Below are positions 59,692 through 64,000 of a DNA stretch of 64,000 bases, in pieces; position 1 is the stretch's first letter, and every line of letters begins with the position of its first letter. The stretch comes from Anaerohalosphaeraceae bacterium (GTDB taxonomy: Bacteria > Planctomycetota > Phycisphaerae > Sedimentisphaerales > Anaerohalosphaeraceae): contig CAXXSL010000013.1 in NCBI GenBank assembly GCA_963675525.2, positions 96,001-160,000 of the forward strand, in the 5' to 3' direction. Both the position numbers and the translations under genes were made by a program. Below the pieces are notes generated by a model, which made no database searches, was not told where the DNA came from, and was given only the letters and a program-made list of their open reading frames with translations.

Positions 59692-61116
59692 ATGTTTGAC
59701 GCGTTAACCGACAAGTTTAATTCGATCTTTAAGTCGCTTTCAGGACGTGGGCGGATCACCGAATCCAACGTCTCGGATGCCATGCGCGAGGTGCGTAAGG
59801 GGCTGCTGGAAGCGGATGTCAATTATCAGGTCGCCAAACAATTCTGTAAAGACGTCAAAGAGGCCGCCGTCGGCGCCGAGGTCATCAAAAGCCTGCATCC
59901 CGGGCAAGTGATGGTTAAGATCGTCAATGACGAGTTGACCCGGTTAATGGGGCCGGTTGACCCGAAAATTTATTATGTTTCGCCCGGTCCGACGATTGTC
60001 ATGTTGGCCGGTCTGCAGGGTTCCGGTAAAACGACCACCGCCGGTAAACTGGCCAAGTACATTAAGGAAAAAAACAACAAAAACCCCCTGCTGGTCGCCG
60101 ATGACCTCCAGCGACCCGCGGCTATTGAACAGCTTTGCACACTTGGCGAGCAGTTGGGCATCGAGGTTTACAAAGAAGACGGCGTCAAGGATGCGGTTAA
60201 AGTCGCCAAAAATGCCCTGAAATACGCCAAGAAAAACAACTTCGACGTCATCGTGCTGGATACTGCGGGTCGTTTGCATGTCGATGCGGACATGATGGAC
60301 GAAATCGCCGCGGTGGCCAAAGCCGTCACACCACAGCAGATCTATCTTGTCTGCGACGCCATGACCGGTCAGGACGCGGTCAACTCCGCCAAGGAATTCA
60401 ACGACCGGTTGGAACTGGACGGCGTGATATTGACCAAGCTGGATGGTGACGCCCGTGGCGGTGCCGCCCTGTCAGTCAAAGCCGTTACCGGCAAACCCAT
60501 CAAATTTATCGGTGTGGGCGAAAAACTCGACAACATCGAGGAATTTCACCCCGACCGCATGGCCAGCCGGATTCTCGGCATGGGCGACGTTGTCACGCTC
60601 GTGGAAAAAGCCCAAGAGCATTTCGACGAAGAACAGGCCCAGAAGATGCAGACCAAGATGGCCAAGGGCACCTTCGGCTTCGACGATTTCCTCAAACAGA
60701 TGCAGTCACTCAAAAAGATGGGCGGCATGAGCAGTATGCTCAAGCTGCTGCCCGGCATGGGTGCACTCAAGGATATGGACATCGACGATGGCGAGATCAG
60801 TAAAATCGAAGGCATCGTTCATTCCATGACAACCCGCGAACGTACCGACCCGGACATTCTTGATGCGTCCCGCCGGCGGCGTATCGCACGCGGCTGTGGG
60901 CGCGACGTGCAGGATATCGCCGGGCTGGTCAAGACCTTCAAACGCAGCCGGGACATGATGAAAAGCATGGCAGGCGGCATGGGCGGAGGATTGGGCGGAC
61001 TGAAAAACATGTTCTCCGGCGGTGGCGGCGACATGATGAGCGCCATGGCAGGCGGCATGAAAAAGGTTAAACAACGCAGCAAACGAAAACGTCTGCCGCG
61101 AAAAAAACGCCGGTGA
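59692..61116 (+). CDS. ffh: Signal recognition particle protein
   Basis: GLQGSGKTT, DTAGR, TKLDGDARGG, Met-rich M domain with SRRRRIARG. Confidence 0.99.
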   Translation: MFDALTDKFNSIFKSLSGRGRITESNVSDAMREVRKGLLEADVNYQVAKQFCKDVKEAAVGAEVIKSLHPGQVMVKIVNDELTRLMGPVDPKIYYVSPGPTIVMLAGLQGSGKTTTAGKLAKYIKEKNNKNPLLVADDLQRPAAIEQLCTLGEQLGIEVYKEDGVKDAVKVAKNALKYAKKNNFDVIVLDTAGRLHVDADMMDEIAAVAKAVTPQQIYLVCDAMTGQDAVNSAKEFNDRLELDGVILTKLDGDARGGAALSVKAVTGKPIKFIGVGEKLDNIEEFHPDRMASRILGMGDVVTLVEKAQEHFDEEQAQKMQTKMAKGTFGFDDFLKQMQSLKKMGGMSSMLKLLPGMGALKDMDIDDGEISKIEGIVHSMTTRERTDPDILDASRRRRIARGCGRDVQDIAGLVKTFKRSRDMMKSMAGGMGGGLGGLKNMFSGGGGDMMSAMAGGMKKVKQRSKRKRLPRKKRR

Positions 61117-61457
61117 CACCTTTAAAGGTCGATCAATTGAGCGAACATTTGACAATTGAAGAGTATTTAAGATCTCTGGAAGCTTTTGTGGATAACGCCT
61201 ACGGCAGGCAGATCCGACAGCAGTTTCAGGGTATTGACGGGGCCAGCGAACTGGCCATGCTTCAGTCTCCTTCGCGGGATGAGTATGAGCAGCTTAGCCG
61301 GGCAGTAGCCATCATGACAGCGGCGGAAAAGAAAGACGCCGCCTCGCTGGGCGATGAACAGGTCGAGCGTATCGCCGACGATGCCGCCGTCGATAAGGCA
61401 CTGCTGGCGATTTTTATCAATGGTTTTGCACTTAAAAGTAAAAGCCGAGCGACGTGA
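61113..61457 (+). CDS. Stand-alone, degenerate SRP54 M-domain-like protein
   Basis: GTG start overlaps the ffh TGA; aligns without gaps to the adjacent Ffh M domain (13/49 identities). Confidence 0.7.
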   Translation: MTPLKVDQLSEHLTIEEYLRSLEAFVDNAYGRQIRQQFQGIDGASELAMLQSPSRDEYEQLSRAVAIMTAAEKKDAASLGDEQVERIADDAAVDKALLAIFINGFALKSKSRAT

Positions 61458-61517
61458 GTCGCCGGATGGGATACCCAGTGGACGCGATAATCGGGCGACT
61501 TACGTCGCCGCGCTTTT
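61440..61517. repeat. REP-like inverted repeat
   Basis: GCGACGTGAGTCGCC (61449-63) / GGCGACTTACGTCGC (61494-508) with AAAAGC/GCTTTT outer arms. Confidence 0.75.
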
Positions 61518-61616
61518 ATTGCTCAACGGGAACCTGACAAAAACGTGATAACGTGTTTTGTGTCTGCAAAGGGCGGACACGAAAATTAATTATATGCTTT
61601 AACGAAAGGAAAACGT

Positions 61617-62132
61617 ATGTCAGTCAAAATCAGAATGTCACGGTTGGGACGTCGCCATCGTCCATTCTTCCGCATTAATGCGGTTGAAAGCAGGACGCCG
61701 CGCGATGGTCGTATCCTCGAAAAACTCGGCCATTACGACCCGCTCGAAAAGGATGCAGACAAGCAGGTGGTCATCAATAAGGAACGGATCGAGTTTTGGA
61801 TCGGCCAGGGTGCAGTCGCCAGCGACACCTGTGCGGAAATCTTCAAGAAGCGGGGAATTACCTGCCCGCAGTTTGAAGAAAAGCTTCAGCGTCGGGCACG
61901 GGCCAAAGCGATTGCCCGTAAACAGGGCAAGCCCTTTACGGAAGCCGAACGAATCGCTGTCGTAAAAGCGGCCGAAGCGGCCGCTGCGAAAGTCGCAGAA
62001 GAAGCGAAAGCTGCTGAAGAAGCCGCAAAGGCCGCTGCTGCCAAAGCCGCTGAGGAAGCCAAAGCTGCTGAAGAAGCTGCCAAAGCTGCTGAGGAAACCG
62101 CCAAAGACGCTGAAGAACCCAAAGGCGAGTAG
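61617..62132 (+). CDS. rpsP: 30S ribosomal protein S16 with Ala/Glu/Lys C-terminal extension
   Basis: [20 protein letters not shown]...[15 protein letters not shown]. Confidence 0.97.
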   Translation: MSVKIRMSRLGRRHRPFFRINAVESRTPRDGRILEKLGHYDPLEKDADKQVVINKERIEFWIGQGAVASDTCAEIFKKRGITCPQFEEKLQRRARAKAIARKQGKPFTEAERIAVVKAAEAAAAKVAEEAKAAEEAAKAAAAKAAEEAKAAEEAAKAAEETAKDAEEPKGE

Positions 62133-62146
62133 AACCGAAACCGACT

Positions 62147-62860
62147 ATGAGAATCGACGTTTTGACACTGTTCCCGGAGATGTTCGACGCTCCGTTGAGT
62201 TACTCGATCTTAAAACGGGCACAGGATCAGAATGTCGTTGAAGTTGTTCTTTCAAATATTAGAGATTTTGCCACAGACAGTTATCGCAAGGTCGATGACA
62301 AGCCGTACGGCGGCGGCCCCGGAATGGTGATGATGCCGGGACCGGTGTTCGAGTGCTTTGAACACATTCAGCCGCAGGCCGCGGAACCGGGCCGTGTCAT
62401 TATACTGACGCCCCAGGGGCAACCGCTGACGCAGGAAAAAGCTGTTGCGTTAAGCAAAGAGCCCCGCCTGATCCTGATCGCCGGCCGGTACGAAGGATTT
62501 GATGAACGCATCCGGACGGGACTCGGCGCCGAACAGATATCGATCGGTGACTATGTCCTCAGCGGCGGTGAGTTGGCGGCGATGGTGCTTATCGACGCGG
62601 TCGTACGACTGCTGCCGGGAGCATTGGGCGACGATGATTCGGCGACTGATGATTCCTTCAGCGGCGATCTGCTGGAATATCCGCAGTATACTCGCCCGGA
62701 AGTCTTCCGCGACATGCGTGTGCCGGACATATTACTGAGCGGTGACCACGGCAAAATTGCCAAATGGCGAAATGAACAACGTATTGAACGAACCAAACAA
62801 TGGCGGCCGGATGTGTACGAAAAACACATCAGAGGCAACGCCAAAAATGACGAAAAATAG
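62147..62860 (+). CDS. trmD: tRNA (guanine37-N1)-methyltransferase
   Basis: [39 protein letters not shown]. Confidence 0.99.
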   Translation: MRIDVLTLFPEMFDAPLSYSILKRAQDQNVVEVVLSNIRDFATDSYRKVDDKPYGGGPGMVMMPGPVFECFEHIQPQAAEPGRVIILTPQGQPLTQEKAVALSKEPRLILIAGRYEGFDERIRTGLGAEQISIGDYVLSGGELAAMVLIDAVVRLLPGALGDDDSATDDSFSGDLLEYPQYTRPEVFRDMRVPDILLSGDHGKIAKWRNEQRIERTKQWRPDVYEKHIRGNAKNDEK

Positions 62861-62882
62861 AAGTCAAACAGGAGATAGATCC

Positions 62883-63251
62883 GTGAAAACAGAAATACTC
62901 GAATCCGTAGAAAAAAGCAGCCTTCGCAAGGAAACGCCGTATTTTGAAATCGGCGATATTGTGGATGTACACTGCCGTATCAAAGAAGGGAACAAGACCC
63001 GTATCCAGATATTTACGGGAACCGTGATTGCCCGTAAAGGTCGGGGCATGAACGAAAGTTTTACTGTCCGTCGGATGGTAGGGGATGAAGGGGTTGAACG
63101 TGTTTTCCCGTTAAACTCGCCGAACATTGTCGATGTCCGTCCGGTTCGCAGCGGTAAAACGCGACGTGCCAAACTTTACTTCCTGCGTGGCCGCAGCGGT
63201 AAAGGCGTCCGTCTTCCGCAGCGTCACAGCAAGCATACCGTCACAAAGTAA
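62883..63251 (+). CDS. rplS: 50S ribosomal protein L19
   Basis: GTG 62883 with CAGGAG RBS; IKEGNKTRIQIF.G.VI, GVERVFP, RRAKLYFLR. Confidence 0.97.
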   Translation: MKTEILESVEKSSLRKETPYFEIGDIVDVHCRIKEGNKTRIQIFTGTVIARKGRGMNESFTVRRMVGDEGVERVFPLNSPNIVDVRPVRSGKTRRAKLYFLRGRSGKGVRLPQRHSKHTVTK

Positions 63252-63263
63252 GGGGCTGCCGCT

Positions 63264-63659
63264 ATGCTTCTGCCGTGGGTACGAAAGCGATTGCTCAGTG
63301 ACCCCAAACGGTTCGGCCGTTGGGGACAGAACGCCTCGGAAAAGTACCTGGCCCGCAAAGGCTGTAAGACGATCGCCCGGAATTATTCTTTCCGCGGCGG
63401 TGAGATGGACCTGGTAATGGCCGATGCGGAAGGAACGATCGCGTTCGTGGAGGTCAAAACCCGACAGAGTGAAACGTTCGCTCCGGCAAAGGCGGCCGTC
63501 AATTACAATAAGCGTCAAAAGATGATACGAACCGCAAAGTGCTTCCTGAGAGAATTCGATCTTTCAGGCAGGCCTTTGCGGTTCGATGTTATAACGGTAC
63601 TCCTCGGTTCAAAGGGAGGCCCCGTTATTCGCCATTACCCGAATGCATTCGTACCGTAA
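63264..63659 (+). CDS. yraN: YraN (UPF0102) family protein
   Basis: IARNY...GEMDLVM...FVEVKTR, RFDVI. Confidence 0.92.
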   Translation: MLLPWVRKRLLSDPKRFGRWGQNASEKYLARKGCKTIARNYSFRGGEMDLVMADAEGTIAFVEVKTRQSETFAPAKAAVNYNKRQKMIRTAKCFLREFDLSGRPLRFDVITVLLGSKGGPVIRHYPNAFVP

Positions 63660-63668
63660 GATGCCCAT

Positions 63669-64000
63669 ATGGAACAATCCGACAAACCGTTACGTCCGAA
63701 ACTGCCCTTCCTGACCGCAGACATCCCGGGCGTGGACGGACAGATCAAAACCATCCCCGCCGATTTTGTCGTCGAAGAGATCCCGCTGTATGCGTTTGCC
63801 GGAACCGGCACGCATGTCTACGCCTATATCCAGAAAAAAGGGCTCACCACCGCCGAGCTGATCGCCCGGCTGGGCCAGTCATTGGGCGTCCGTAAGTTCG
63901 ACATCGGCTATGCGGGACGAAAAGATTCCAATGCCATCACCCGCCAATGGTTCTCCGTTGAGCATGTTGATCCGAAGATCGTGAAGAATCTCGACATCAG
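63669..64000 (+). CDS. truD: tRNA pseudouridine(13) synthase; 5' part, truncated by the window
   Basis: Manual translation: PADFVVEEIPLY...G.HVYAYIQKKGLTT...DIGYAGRKDSNAITRQWFS. Confidence 0.93.
   Translation, partial: MEQSDKPLRPKLPFLTADIPGVDGQIKTIPADFVVEEIPLYAFAGTGTHVYAYIQKKGLTTAELIARLGQSLGVRKFDIGYAGRKDSNAITRQWFSVEHVDPKIVKNLDI

Overview
A mostly housekeeping chromosomal segment. Gene content and protein families suggest Planctomycetota, class Phycisphaerae (inference). It carries purH, a complete F-type ATP synthase operon, nadD, ndk, ligA, miaB, mscL plus two mscS, rmuC, mtnP, ruvCAB, cysS, ispF/ispD, hisBC, accD, rpe-pgk-gap, tilS, GH2 and GH51 glycosidases, cobO, and ffh-rpsP-trmD-rplS-yraN-truD. 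I found no rRNA, tRNA, CRISPR array, integrase or transposase. The most interesting signals are: (1) a stand-alone, charge-reversed copy of the SRP54 M domain translationally coupled to ffh; (2) small genes (GxxExxY, four-helix bundle) bracketed by short-unit tandem or inverted repeat arrays, with gene-less copies of similar arrays at other operon junctions; (3) two unrelated AT-rich ORFans sharing one motif 4-5 nt after their stop codons; (4) a consensus promoter plus boxA-like site ahead of a repeat-rich non-coding stretch; (5) pilin-like paralogs with an identical 354-bp N-terminal cassette and variable C-terminal domains; (6) a pure (xxKKK)12 histone-like protein. Seven single-base indels at 23.3-29.6 kb are most likely assembly errors.
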